A DNA stretch of 32,000 nt from an uncultured archaeon (GTDB taxonomy: Archaea; Asgardarchaeota; Jordiarchaeia; Jordiarchaeales; Jordiarchaeaceae), in the NCBI GenBank assembly GCA_964510585.1, contig CAZECW010000121.1, forward strand, positions 32,955 through 64,954. Direction: 5' to 3'. Below, piece by piece: positions 9,210 through 18,819 of this stretch. Under the pieces are notes generated by a model, which did no database searches, was not told the DNA's origin, and worked only from the letters and a program-made list of their open reading frames with translations. The position numbers were made by a program, and so were the translations under genes. Each line of letters opens with the position of its first letter. Position 1 is the first letter of the stretch.

Positions 9210-12176
9210 ATGGGTGCCGTGAATTTTTCTGGTTTGGTTGACTTAACTCCTAGTTATCATGTTAAGGTTTGGCTGGTTAATTGTTTTGTTAAGGGCTTGA
9301 CTGAAATTGGAAATGTTGATGAGGCGGTTAAGGTTGTTTCTGCTTTGCCGGACTCTGCGTGGCGACTGCAAGTTTTATCGGAATTAGCTTACCGTCTGGC
9401 TGAAAAGGGAGATTGCGAGGGCGCCTTGAAAATTTTTGTGGATTTCAAGGACGATGACATTGTACTGGATCATCTCCTAGATATTGGAAAGTGTGTTTAT
9501 GAGAATGTTGAGAAGGTGCTGAATACTTACAATATTAATGGTGAAAGGGTGAGGCGGGCGGTCACCAGACTTGGAAATTATTGGCTACTTGAGTGGTTTA
9601 GACTTATCGCTAGGGCGGGAAGAGTGGATGAGGCACTGGAAGCTTTGCGAAAGTTTGAGGAACACCACTACCGCGCAGAGGGTTTGTTAAAGGTAGCAAC
9701 AGCCTTGGCGGAGAAGGAAGATCAACGATATGGAGAGGTTTTGGATGAAGCCCAGAGGGTTGCCGATAGCATTTCCAATACAGATTATGATGACATAATC
9801 TCTGATGCGGCTGAAGAATTAGCATCTGTAGGGAAGAATGACAAGGCTCTTGATTTGGCTTACAAGATTTTTGACGATTTCCGGTTAGCTGAAACCCTAA
9901 CTTACTGTCTTAAGTATTTTGAAGGAGAACTATTCGAGAGTACTGTTAATGAAATTCTTGAAATTGTTGATCCACTCCCCTGGGCAGATAGAGATTACCT
10001 TTTAACTAACCTTTTCTCTATTGCTGCCACGAAGAAGGAGTTAAATAAGTCTCTTCTTAAAAGGATTATTGAGAAAACGGAACCTGAAACTCTTCAAGGC
10101 GCAATGCAAGTTGTTTACGCCTCTAGGCTTGCGAAAGGGGGTGATGAAGAGGCGGCAAAACTATACAGGGAGGGTATGGAAAAGTTGAGGAAGATGAAGT
10201 GGGAAGAACGAGCCGACATAGCTATTACTTTAGTACCGCTTATACCTCCCGCCTTCGTAGATGAGTTTGTTAAGTTTGTAAAAGAGATTCCAGATATCAG
10301 AAACCAAGCCATAATTCTCCGCGAAGTATCTTTGCTTCAAACTGCCATGGGAGAGATTGATAATGCTTTGAAGATAGCTAGAAGCATACCTGTGTCATCG
10401 GATAGTTCCGCATCCCTATTTGGTATAGTTCGAGCCCTATCTAAGGAGAATTTTGAGAAAGCCCTAAACATTGCTGGAGAGATACAGGATAAGAATTGGC
10501 GTGTGGCCGCATTATCCATAATCTTCGCCGATGCATTAGAAAGGGGAGAGTTCAAAGAGGAGCTTTTCAAAAAAATTCTATCCAGTCAAATCAGGGGAAA
10601 TGAGAGAGACGCACTCTTAATCCTTGAGCAAGTAGTTATTGCTCTAGTTAAGTCTGGGAGGAAAGAGTTGGAGGAAGTAGTTAAACTAGTGTGTGGGCTC
10701 GACCAGCTGAAAACCTTGGAAAATACCTTAAAATTTTTATCCAAAGATAGTTTGGAAGATGCCCTAAAGGAAGCCAGAAAGGGGCTGGGAGTTATAAAGC
10801 CGCTGGCTCTCTCTGCAGTAGCTATAAAGGCTTACAAGTCTAGGGCGGCCGTCTCCCTAAAGAGGATTTTTGAGGAGGCTATGAAGGAGGCTAAGAAGAT
10901 CAAAGTCCTGTATGAGATCGAAGCGGTCTACACCGTGATAGCCTCAGTGTTAGCAGCGACTGGAAAAGTTGAGGACGCTATTGAGATAATCATAGATAAA
11001 ATTCCTCCAAATGCACAGATACAAACTCTATCCACTCTCCTCACTCTCATGCCCGTGGTTGGAAGAGTCGATTATCCGGTTAGATTCCTTTCCAGAGCCA
11101 CTGAGAAAATGGATTTGCCCCTATTCCGAATCCTTACCTACACTTTTGAGGAGGACCGCACAAGGGAATTTGAAGAACTAGTGGACTCCTTAATATCCTA
11201 TGACTTCTTCCCCCTCGACGAGTTAATAGACTATTTTGAAATAAGGGGGGAGACTGAGTGGTTTCAAAAACTGATTGAGAAAGAGAAGGATGCCAATGAA
11301 CGACTTGATGATTTTCTGACATTAGGCCTCACACTTTCTGTTAATGGGAAAATCGACCAAGCTAAAAAGTCCTTTGAAAAAGCAATCGAAGAACTTGACA
11401 AAATATCAGAAGAGGAGGACAGAAAGTACGCAGTATATTCCTTAATGGCGAACGTTTTAAGTTCGACTGATAAAAATTGCATAGACCTAGTAAAAGACCA
11501 CATAGATCCTGAGAAAGGTAGGCTACTCTCCACACTTTTTGAAGCCTACAAACATGCCTCAGAAGGACACGTGGAAAAAACACAGGAAATCTTCAAAGAA
11601 ATCATTGACAGACACCCAGACTTAGAAGACATTTTAGAATCTATGGTCACAGTAGCGGGATTAGCAAAAGGCAAAACTTCCACAGTACTCCTCCAACAGC
11701 TAGAACCGGAAATACTAAAATTTTTCGACGAAGATAGTGTTTCTACAATTTTGTGCCGCTTCATAATCGCCGGCGGCGATCCTGAGGCAACTGTAAAAAT
11801 GGTTGAAAAAAATTGGGAAGGAAGCTCAGAAATACTAAAAGAAATAGCATACTATTTGGCACTATCAGGAAAAATGGAGCCACTAATAAAAATAGTGGAA
11901 AGCGCAAACCAAAAAAATAAAGAAGCCATACTCGAAACAGTCGCTTGGCGAATGGCAAAACAGAACCCAGATAAAATCCTAGAATTGGCAGAAACCCTAC
12001 CAGCCCATACCAAAGACCGAATCCTACACATGATCGTGGAAGTACTCACCAGAAAGGGAAGGGTCGAAGAAGCGATAAATATCACAAGAAAAATAGCAGC
12101 TCATGAAGACTACATTCAAGCCCTGACAAACATCCTCCTAACCTACATAGAAAAAACAGCAAAAATACAAAAATAA
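9210..12176 (+). CDS. Large TPR/HEAT-like alpha-solenoid repeat protein (~990 aa)
   Basis: Uninterrupted ORF with recurring G[RK]xD/EEAxxxxxxI.....RxxAL repeats (GNVDEAV, GRVDEAL, GEIDNAL, GKVEDAI, GKIDQAK, GRVEEAI); ATG 9210 after GGAGTG. Confidence 0.85.
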   Translation: MGAVNFSGLVDLTPSYHVKVWLVNCFVKGLTEIGNVDEAVKVVSALPDSAWRLQVLSELAYRLAEKGDCEGALKIFVDFKDDDIVLDHLLDIGKCVYENVEKVLNTYNINGERVRRAVTRLGNYWLLEWFRLIARAGRVDEALEALRKFEEHHYRAEGLLKVATALAEKEDQRYGEVLDEAQRVADSISNTDYDDIISDAAEELASVGKNDKALDLAYKIFDDFRLAETLTYCLKYFEGELFESTVNEILEIVDPLPWADRDYLLTNLFSIAATKKELNKSLLKRIIEKTEPETLQGAMQVVYASRLAKGGDEEAAKLYREGMEKLRKMKWEERADIAITLVPLIPPAFVDEFVKFVKEIPDIRNQAIILREVSLLQTAMGEIDNALKIARSIPVSSDSSASLFGIVRALSKENFEKALNIAGEIQDKNWRVAALSIIFADALERGEFKEELFKKILSSQIRGNERDALLILEQVVIALVKSGRKELEEVVKLVCGLDQLKTLENTLKFLSKDSLEDALKEARKGLGVIKPLALSAVAIKAYKSRAAVSLKRIFEEAMKEAKKIKVLYEIEAVYTVIASVLAATGKVEDAIEIIIDKIPPNAQIQTLSTLLTLMPVVGRVDYPVRFLSRATEKMDLPLFRILTYTFEEDRTREFEELVDSLISYDFFPLDELIDYFEIRGETEWFQKLIEKEKDANERLDDFLTLGLTLSVNGKIDQAKKSFEKAIEELDKISEEEDRKYAVYSLMANVLSSTDKNCIDLVKDHIDPEKGRLLSTLFEAYKHASEGHVEKTQEIFKEIIDRHPDLEDILESMVTVAGLAKGKTSTVLLQQLEPEILKFFDEDSVSTILCRFIIAGGDPEATVKMVEKNWEGSSEILKEIAYYLALSGKMEPLIKIVESANQKNKEAILETVAWRMAKQNPDKILELAETLPAHTKDRILHMIVEVLTRKGRVEEAINITRKIAAHEDYIQALTNILLTYIEKTAKIQK

Positions 12177-12411
12177 AATAAACACCAATTCTAGCCCAAC
12201 AAAACAACACAACATCCACAAATTAGAGTCTATAACTAAATCTCCTCCTAGCAAATTTTTTTGAACCACCTCCACCAAAAACGAGTTCACATCATTTATT
12301 GAATTCAGCAAGGCATTTTGTCCAATTCAAGAGTCCTCTACGCACAACCACCCCGATTACTCTTATCCGAAAATGTAGTCCCGGTAACAGCACAATAAAA
12401 ACATTTCGCTC

Positions 12412-12679
12412 AGAGGATCATCCTCATCATGGACAATGCAACCATCCACCGCAGCTGGGAAACCAGGCAGTCCCTTGAGAAACACGCGGAGAAAATAACC
12501 CCCCTCTTCTATCTGCCGAACTACGCCCCGCGGCTCAAAGAGGTTGAAGGCCATGTGAACAGAAACCTTGCACGCGACGTGTGCACAAACCACAACCATC
12601 AAGGTATTGAAGACCTAGAGAAAACAACAAGAAAATATATAAGGCTCAATAGACATCACAAATAATCGGACTCAACTTG
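12412..12679 (+). mobile_element. Truncated 3' remnant of the same IS630
   Basis: Closely matches 2945-3212 (AGAGGATCATCCTCATCATGGACAATGCA...AATAATCGGACT); degenerate right terminal repeat TCGGACTCAACT. Confidence 0.9.
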
Positions 12680-12874
12680 AGAGCGAAATATTTAATACAA
12701 AACAATATAATAGAGAAGGTAACGCCCGGTATTGGACAAGAATGATGGTGAAAACCAAGCCAGCCAATTAGCCTAAAAAGGGGCCTGAACGTAGGTTGGG
12801 ATGCTAAAGAAGCTCAAAAACGCAACCTGCGTTGAGTAGTACTTCCGCCGTCGCCAGTTGGTTGCAGTACACAA

Positions 12875-13170
12875 AACGTCTGCAGGAGTGAAGAGGTTTA
12901 TGCCCTAAAGGGCATGTGCCTAGTGGGCGGAAACCGGGGACCACCAAGGAATGTTCAAGAAGTTTCGGACAACGGCAGCCCTCAGTGGTGTGAAGAATGG
13001 GAGTATACTAAGGGTGGTGGGGATTTGTGTTATTGCTGACTGCTGGCAGACAAAGGGGATTGTGTAGTTGTTCACAGAGGAAAAATGAGGAGGATGCGGC
13101 GAATACTTTGGTTAGATGTCCAGTTTGATGCGGAGTTTTGGGGAAGTTTATGAAATGTTTTGGAGGAGGC
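12875..13170 (+). pseudogene. Possible highly decayed IS1-like transposase
   Basis: Fragments in different frames read VCRSEEVYALKG, SGRK...KECSRSF (zinc-ribbon-like), EEWEY and FWGS...NVL. The resemblance to InsA/InsB is weak. Confidence 0.2.
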
Positions 13171-13177
13171 ATAGTTT

Positions 13178-13660
13178 ATGGTTGATAAAGAAGAGGGATT
13201 GACTGGAGAAGATGTGAAGGTCCCCATCCGTGAATTAGTCATTAATGATAGTAAACGGGTGAGGATAAGAGATATGGCGGACTATAGTGACATATTTTTT
13301 GCCATAGAGTTTACCATTTTAACCTATTGGGAGGATTGTTGTACCACTTTAAAGGATAGAGATGTTATTAAATCTCTTTACAGTCTACTTGGAAATTTTG
13401 ATGGCCAAGAAGAGGGAACACTAGCTTCAGAAATAGCAAAAGCCTTGAAGGCGACTCTAATATGGAGGAAGAGAATCAGAAGAAGAAAATATAAACTTGG
13501 AGAGATTCTTTCCTGCATTTCACTACTTATATCTGTGGCTAGAAACCATCAAAGCCCAGACGGCATAGGATATCTAAAATGGATTAAAAACTTCTTTGAA
13601 GGAAAAATGCCCTTAACCATAGAGGAAATATTAGATTACATGTGGGAAAATGAAATGTAA
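13178..13660 (+). CDS. Hypothetical protein
   Basis: 160-aa ORF with ATG after GGAGG and protein-like composition; no family recognised. Confidence 0.7.
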   Translation: MVDKEEGLTGEDVKVPIRELVINDSKRVRIRDMADYSDIFFAIEFTILTYWEDCCTTLKDRDVIKSLYSLLGNFDGQEEGTLASEIAKALKATLIWRKRIRRRKYKLGEILSCISLLISVARNHQSPDGIGYLKWIKNFFEGKMPLTIEEILDYMWENEM

Positions 13661-13888
13661 ACCTGTCCTTCATAGATGCTATAATATTAGTGGTTGTACT
13701 CTAACTCATGTGGAATACATGTATCTGTTGGATTAATCATGATAATGAGTATATGGAAGATAAAAACAAGTTAACTGCAATATTTATGGATGGTGTTTGG
13801 AAATATGTGTGGAGATTTAAAACTGGTTCCAAGAGTGGAGGTTCAGATATGTATCCAACCTGGTTCTAAATGAGCAAGGGTGAGATAA

Positions 13889-15826
13889 ATGTTTACTTTT
13901 GGAGATAAAGATAGGTTTTTGAAGATGAATTTATCCCCCACATTTATTCAGCTTCTCGGCTTGGATTTGTTATTAACCCTTTATGCAAAGAAGAGGAATG
14001 CTTGTACACTGAGTGAGGTTGAAAAGGAGCTTAGAGGAATACTATCGGAATCTTCGAAGCAGGAGATTCTGACTTTTTTTATGGAAATGGAAAAAAGAGG
14101 CTACATTGAGATGGAAGAAGTTGAAATCGCTGGAAAAAGAGACTTCCTCTTAAAACCTACCGACAAACTCTTAAAAGAGTTTAATATAAGCGATCTTTTA
14201 CTAGATCGAATGGCTATGATTAAAGATATGGTGGATATGTCTCTCCCAATGCCGGGTCAAATTAGAATTTATGAACCCGGTCCGAGCAGAATTTATGGCC
14301 TGATAGTTTCCTCTGTTGAGGATAGTATGCCGGAAGGCGTTGAGAAGGAGGTTGTGTGCAGACTGTTGGAGGGAGTGGAGGACTACGCCCTCGAAGAAGA
14401 TTTTGGATTTATAGTATGTTCCTTACTTCTACATCTAATTGTTCTACTTGGGGTGAGAAGCTCGAAGATTGGAAGAGCACTGAACATGTTAGAGGTGTTT
14501 GAGGAGAAGATGATGAATGGTGAGAACAGTCTTTTCTGGTCAAAAGTCATGATAGAAGCCGCTGAGGCGAATATACTCTACGGTGGAAGGAGGATAAATA
14601 GAGCTGAAAAAATATTCGAGAAATTGGAGAAGTATCCTAATTTCCCACTAGAAAATAGGCTTCTCCTTAAAGCGAAAATAGCCTCTCTAAAAATGCTAAC
14701 TAGCGTCAACTCCTGCATGGAAAAGTTTCGGGGGATAATACATTACATAAAGGAGAATTACTCAGGGATTGGTAAAGGCCCCTACATTAAAGATCCCGGA
14801 CTTGTTCTTATAACTGTGCTTAATAGAATCGGTGACTGCATGAAGATGGAAGGCGGTTTTCCGCTGAGAACACTCTACTTCGGCTTTTTCAGCTTCTTGA
14901 GGAGCCGACTCAAAGGTCAAGACCTTTATGGTCTATACCACTCACTTGGAAGTTTACTGGTCAAAAATAGATACACTCTTTCGAACCCAAGTCTTGTTGA
15001 GGAGGTTTTCAAGTTTTGGGATAAAGAAATGGATAATTTAGAGCAGAAGGCTGCAGAGTCCGGACTTGATGCGTTTGGATACGTTTCAGAATTTATTTTT
15101 TATGCCTTGCGGTGTTTCTCAGGGAAACCAGAGGTAATTGAGCAAATGCTTCAAGTTGATGTCAAACGCTTAGGAATAGATATGGATGATCCTTCAAATA
15201 TTATTGTTATGTTGCTTGTTGAACTGTATATCGAAGATAAAAAAGTAAATCTTGAAAAACTATTTGTGGCGTTAGAGAGTTTTGTCAGTGAAACAAAAAG
15301 TTCTCGAGGAACCAAGAAGAGAGAGTGGCATCCGCCTGAAAATATATTTTTTTCACTCAGAGACCTAATATTAACCTGTGACTCACTGGGAAAAATGGAT
15401 GTTCTAGAGGAAATAGAAGAGAAATTTGACGGCTACCCTTCCTCATTCGAGAAACTTGTCGTATTAACTGATATTGCCTATGCCTATGCGCTCCACGGAG
15501 TAGGAAAATATAAACAGGTTGTTCTAAAAGTTGTGGAATCCGCAAAGCAGATGGTGAAAAAAATTCGGGTACCTTCCTACCCTGAAGAACTCAACCCCAA
15601 ACAGATAAACAAGTTATCGAAAATCGTCGCTATAGTGGACACCCTAGGAAAAATCTTAGCCGTAACTATGAACCCAGACATTGTAGAACCCATAGTGGAA
15701 CTATGCTCAAATATTCCGCTAAATTATGACTATTTTAACATAAGGAACCTTCTACAAGCAATGATTTGGCAGATAAAATCAACAAAACAGGGAATAGAAT
15801 ACAGCAGATGCACAGAATATGGCTAA
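13889..15826 (+). CDS. Hypothetical protein with a putative N-terminal winged helix and a helical-repeat C-terminus
   Basis: 645-aa ORF after GGTGAG. LLTLYAKK..TLSEVEKEL...MEKRGYIE...LKPTDK is wHTH-like; the remainder is helical. Confidence 0.8.
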   Translation: MFTFGDKDRFLKMNLSPTFIQLLGLDLLLTLYAKKRNACTLSEVEKELRGILSESSKQEILTFFMEMEKRGYIEMEEVEIAGKRDFLLKPTDKLLKEFNISDLLLDRMAMIKDMVDMSLPMPGQIRIYEPGPSRIYGLIVSSVEDSMPEGVEKEVVCRLLEGVEDYALEEDFGFIVCSLLLHLIVLLGVRSSKIGRALNMLEVFEEKMMNGENSLFWSKVMIEAAEANILYGGRRINRAEKIFEKLEKYPNFPLENRLLLKAKIASLKMLTSVNSCMEKFRGIIHYIKENYSGIGKGPYIKDPGLVLITVLNRIGDCMKMEGGFPLRTLYFGFFSFLRSRLKGQDLYGLYHSLGSLLVKNRYTLSNPSLVEEVFKFWDKEMDNLEQKAAESGLDAFGYVSEFIFYALRCFSGKPEVIEQMLQVDVKRLGIDMDDPSNIIVMLLVELYIEDKKVNLEKLFVALESFVSETKSSRGTKKREWHPPENIFFSLRDLILTCDSLGKMDVLEEIEEKFDGYPSSFEKLVVLTDIAYAYALHGVGKYKQVVLKVVESAKQMVKKIRVPSYPEELNPKQINKLSKIVAIVDTLGKILAVTMNPDIVEPIVELCSNIPLNYDYFNIRNLLQAMIWQIKSTKQGIEYSRCTEYG

Positions 15827-16033
15827 CCACCAGCAGGAGAACAACCAACTACGAGAAAAAAACCAAAAAATGGCAAACCCTCTAGCACTATTCCTCATCC
15901 ATTTGACAAGAAGCTGTTTGAAGCACAATCCTTATTTTCAGAATCCTCGGCGAGACAAACCACCAAATCTATTCTAGCGGGGCGTCAACAAATAAAGCCT
16001 TGCGCTTTTCGCAAGTTATGGAGGGAGAATAGT

Positions 16034-16942
16034 CTATCTACCTTTTCTGTTTTTAAGGTTCCACAATTCTTCAGCCAACTTTTCTATGTAGTCTATCTTT
16101 TCCAGCCTGTTTTTCCACTCTTCTGGAATCTTCTCCACTCCGTGATATGCTCCGCTTATCGCCCCAGTCATGGCTCCTATAGTATCAGTATCTCCACCAA
16201 GGCTTATCGCATAAGTAACAGCATCCCTAAAACTATCCACATTTCGCGAAAAGGAGTAAATGGCTGCCGGCACCGAATTATATGCCTCTACTCCATTTCC
16301 AAGCTCCCTAACAACCCTTCTTTTGTTCGTTTCATTCAGCAACTCGAAACATTTTTCAATTTTCTGCCTGTAAACTTCACTTCTTGTAAAGTCTTTTATT
16401 TTGCCTAAGAAGTCGTATGGATCCAGTTTGATGGATGGGTCGGCTTTAACCGCTAGTGCTACACTATAGGCCTGTATGGCCGCCCCCTCCATTCCCAGCC
16501 CGTGAGCATGTGTAATTTGGCTTTGAGCATAGGCTACTGAACGCAGCTCTTCCTGATCATCGTAATAGAGAAGCCCCACAGGAGCAACCCTCATAGCCGC
16601 ACCATTCCCATAGGAACCCAATCCATTAAACAACTGCTTTGAAGCCTCACTCCACGAATAACCCCTCTTTATCATCCTAAAAACACGAGGCGGACCACTC
16701 GCATAGCCCCTCCAAGGCTCCTCCTCATAATTCCTGATAAAAGTCTGAGCCATGTGGCCCCCATCAAAACCCCCACACGAAATTAAAGATTCCGCCACAC
16801 CAATCATCATGTGAGTATCGTCCGTCCACCTCCCAGAATAGCCACCAAACTCCAAGTCCGAAACCCAAAAACCCTCAAAACTGCTGCCTAACGCGTCACC
16901 CACAGCATTCCCAACTAGACATCCTAAAAACTTCGTCAACAT
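16034..16942 (-). CDS. ADP-ribosylglycohydrolase (DraG/ARH family)
   Basis: Motifs GNAVGDALG, WTDDT, GSYGNGAAMR, HAH and GGDTDTIGAMTGAISGA; the Mg-binding acidic motifs are intact. Confidence 0.93.
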   Translation of the reverse strand: MLTKFLGCLVGNAVGDALGSSFEGFWVSDLEFGGYSGRWTDDTHMMIGVAESLISCGGFDGGHMAQTFIRNYEEEPWRGYASGPPRVFRMIKRGYSWSEASKQLFNGLGSYGNGAAMRVAPVGLLYYDDQEELRSVAYAQSQITHAHGLGMEGAAIQAYSVALAVKADPSIKLDPYDFLGKIKDFTRSEVYRQKIEKCFELLNETNKRRVVRELGNGVEAYNSVPAAIYSFSRNVDSFRDAVTYAISLGGDTDTIGAMTGAISGAYHGVEKIPEEWKNRLEKIDYIEKLAEELWNLKNRKGR

Positions 16943-17280
16943 AGCAATCAAATTAAAACTAAATGCTACAAATTTTTAAAAGTTTAGCCTATCTTAAATA
17001 TCGATAAGTTCAATTTTAGAAACTGGCAAACCAATCATATTGAAAAAGGGCATCCAACCAAGACAGATCCAATTGTGGAAAATTACATCAAAATGGAAAT
17101 GATATTGAGGCCGCAAATCCGAAACGAAATTTTTTGAGAGAAGCATTCCCCGAATTCCCGCATGAAAAGGGCTGGGTAGTTGAATAACACTGAGAAAGTG
17201 AAGGAAGAGAGCATGGATGAGTGAAGGAAGTAGGAGACTAACAGAAAACGAAGCCTTAAATTTAGAATGGAGGTTCAATC

Positions 17281-17475
17281 ATGAACTTGGAGGAAGCAGA
17301 GAAGGTTGTTAGAATATTGCTTACAGCCGATGGAGGATGTGAGTGCTGCGTGTCAAGTTTGCTGGAACTATTCTGTGAAAACTTCCCCCAATTCAAGGAA
17401 CGCGCGCAGAGAGCCTTTAGAAAAAGGTTTAACATGGAACTTGAGGACTTTATAAGGGAAAAAGAGCTTTGCTAA
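17281..17475 (+). CDS. Small Cys-containing hypothetical protein (ADGGCECC)
   Basis: ATG after GGAGG. The paralogous copy at 18285 differs by synonymous or conservative changes, which supports coding status. Confidence 0.65.
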   Translation: MNLEEAEKVVRILLTADGGCECCVSSLLELFCENFPQFKERAQRAFRKRFNMELEDFIREKELC

Positions 17476-17543
17476 TTTTCATCAAAACAGCTAAGATTAA
17501 AATCACGGTAAGAAATATAATCTGTGGAGGTGTCGTAATACCT

Positions 17544-17777
17544 ATGACTGAGTTGAAAATTAAAATTCCCGAGGAACTAAAGAGGGAGATGGAGAAATTT
17601 GGAGTCGACTGGTCACCAGCAATAAGGAGAATGATCAAAAGGGAAATTCAAAACTTGACCGAGATCGAGAGAATAATCTCTAAAAGCAAAATGACCGAGG
17701 AGGAGGCCTTAGAACTAGGCGGAAAAGTGAGCAAATCGGTTGCAGAGAGGTTTAGAAAGCATGCTACTGGTGACTGA
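17544..17777 (+). CDS. Ribbon-helix-helix-like antitoxin
   Basis: ATG after GGAGGTG; MTELKIKIPEELKREMEKFGVDWSPAIR; overlaps the PIN gene. Confidence 0.75.
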   Translation: MTELKIKIPEELKREMEKFGVDWSPAIRRMIKREIQNLTEIERIISKSKMTEEEALELGGKVSKSVAERFRKHATGD

Positions 17778-18180
17778 TGCCAATGTGGTATTTGCTGCTC
17801 TCATAACTGGGGGAGGGACGTTTAGAGTTTTTGTGACAAACAGGCTATTGAGGAATTTCCGTTTCATAGCTCCAGAGTATCTGTTCATCGAAATTCATGA
17901 GTACTCTGATGAAATAATGGAAAAGGCAAAACTCCGTCAAGAAGAATTAGAAGTTGTTTTGAACTTTCTGGAGGAACAAATAGAGATAATTCCGTTTGAA
18001 GAGTTTGCAGAAAAGTACAATGAGGCAAAAAACATTTCACCAGACCCCGACGATGTACCTTACTTCGCGCTTGCACTAAAGTTAAACTGTCCAATTTGGT
18101 CGAACGATAGGAAACTAAAAGAACAGAATGCTGTTAGAGTTTACACGACGCAGGAAATCATACGAGCGCTTGGAATTTGA
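17761..18180 (+). CDS. vapC: PIN-domain (VapC-like) toxin
   Basis: Motifs MLLVTDANVVF, LFIEI, DPDDVPYFALA and IWSNDRKL. Confidence 0.88.
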   Translation: MLLVTDANVVFAALITGGGTFRVFVTNRLLRNFRFIAPEYLFIEIHEYSDEIMEKAKLRQEELEVVLNFLEEQIEIIPFEEFAEKYNEAKNISPDPDDVPYFALALKLNCPIWSNDRKLKEQNAVRVYTTQEIIRALGI

Positions 18181-18188
18181 GATTTTTG

Positions 18189-18209
18189 CTCTCTCGTAAC
18201 CGGAGAGAG
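18189..18209 (+). terminator. Hairpin just after the PIN gene, possible terminator or processing site
   Basis: CTCTCTC-GTAACCG-GAGAGAG is a perfect 7-bp stem, preceded by TTTTT, 8 nt after the stop. Confidence 0.3.
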
Positions 18210-18284
18210 GTGGACTTATTTAATGCTTGCATGTCCGCAAAGAAGTTTTTAAGGAATTTAGAGTAGAGGTTCCGTTACGAACCG

Positions 18285-18482
18285 GGAGGAAGTAGAGAAG
18301 GTTGTTAGAATATTGCTTACAGCCGATGGGAGTTGCGAGTACTGCTTGTCAAGTTCGCTGGAACTATTCTGTGAAAACCTGCCCAATTATAAAAACTCGC
18401 AAAACAAGCTTTTAGAAAAAGGTTTAACGTGGAACTTGAAGAGTTTATAAAAAGGAAAAAGATGCTTAATGGAAGGAGATAG
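18285..18482 (+). pseudogene. Start-less, frameshifted paralog of the 17281-17475 gene
   Basis: GGAGGAAGTAGAGAAGGTTGTTAGAATATTGCTTACAGCCGATGG... aligns to 17289 onward (offset 996). It reads EEVEKVVRILLTADGSCEYC...ENLPNY, then has a 1-nt deletion. Confidence 0.8.
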
Positions 18483-18486
18483 AAAC

Positions 18487-18819
18487 ATGGAAGATTTGAA
18501 GGTTCTATGGAGGGAGACTAAGGAATTTGTTGAGGAACAGGAGAGACGAATAGCCGAAAAATATATCCATTTCCTCCGAAGAGTAGCAGAAGCCTACATT
18601 AGAAGCGGAAAACGAGTATTTTTCAGGGAGAACACAGTTGTCCACTACGGAGAAGGAGGATTCGGATGGATGATCATTGAAGCTCAGGAAGACCCATACC
18701 AAGTTTTCGGCGGCTATGTTCAAGAAATCCACTTTGAAACCAAAATAAGCGAGAGAGAAAAAAGAAACTATAAAGAGATAACAGAGCAAAATATCCAAGA
18801 GATAAAATACGAAATTTAG
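18487..18819 (+). CDS. Hypothetical protein
   Basis: ~110-aa ORF with ATG after GGAG (alternative start 18469); no family recognised. Confidence 0.65.
   Translation: MEDLKVLWRETKEFVEEQERRIAEKYIHFLRRVAEAYIRSGKRVFFRENTVVHYGEGGFGWMIIEAQEDPYQVFGGYVQEIHFETKISEREKRNYKEITEQNIQEIKYEI

Noticed and set aside
16994-17278. Possible toxin C-terminal remnant upstream of the small Cys protein, and a 94-aa minus-strand ORF
   Set aside because: Only short fragments in mixed frames; no family can be supported.
18467-18471. Apparent TAATG coupling between the duplicated fragment and the next ORF
   Set aside because: After correcting the frameshift, the fragment's own stop is TAG at 18480-18482, and the next ORF has its own RBS before ATG 18487.
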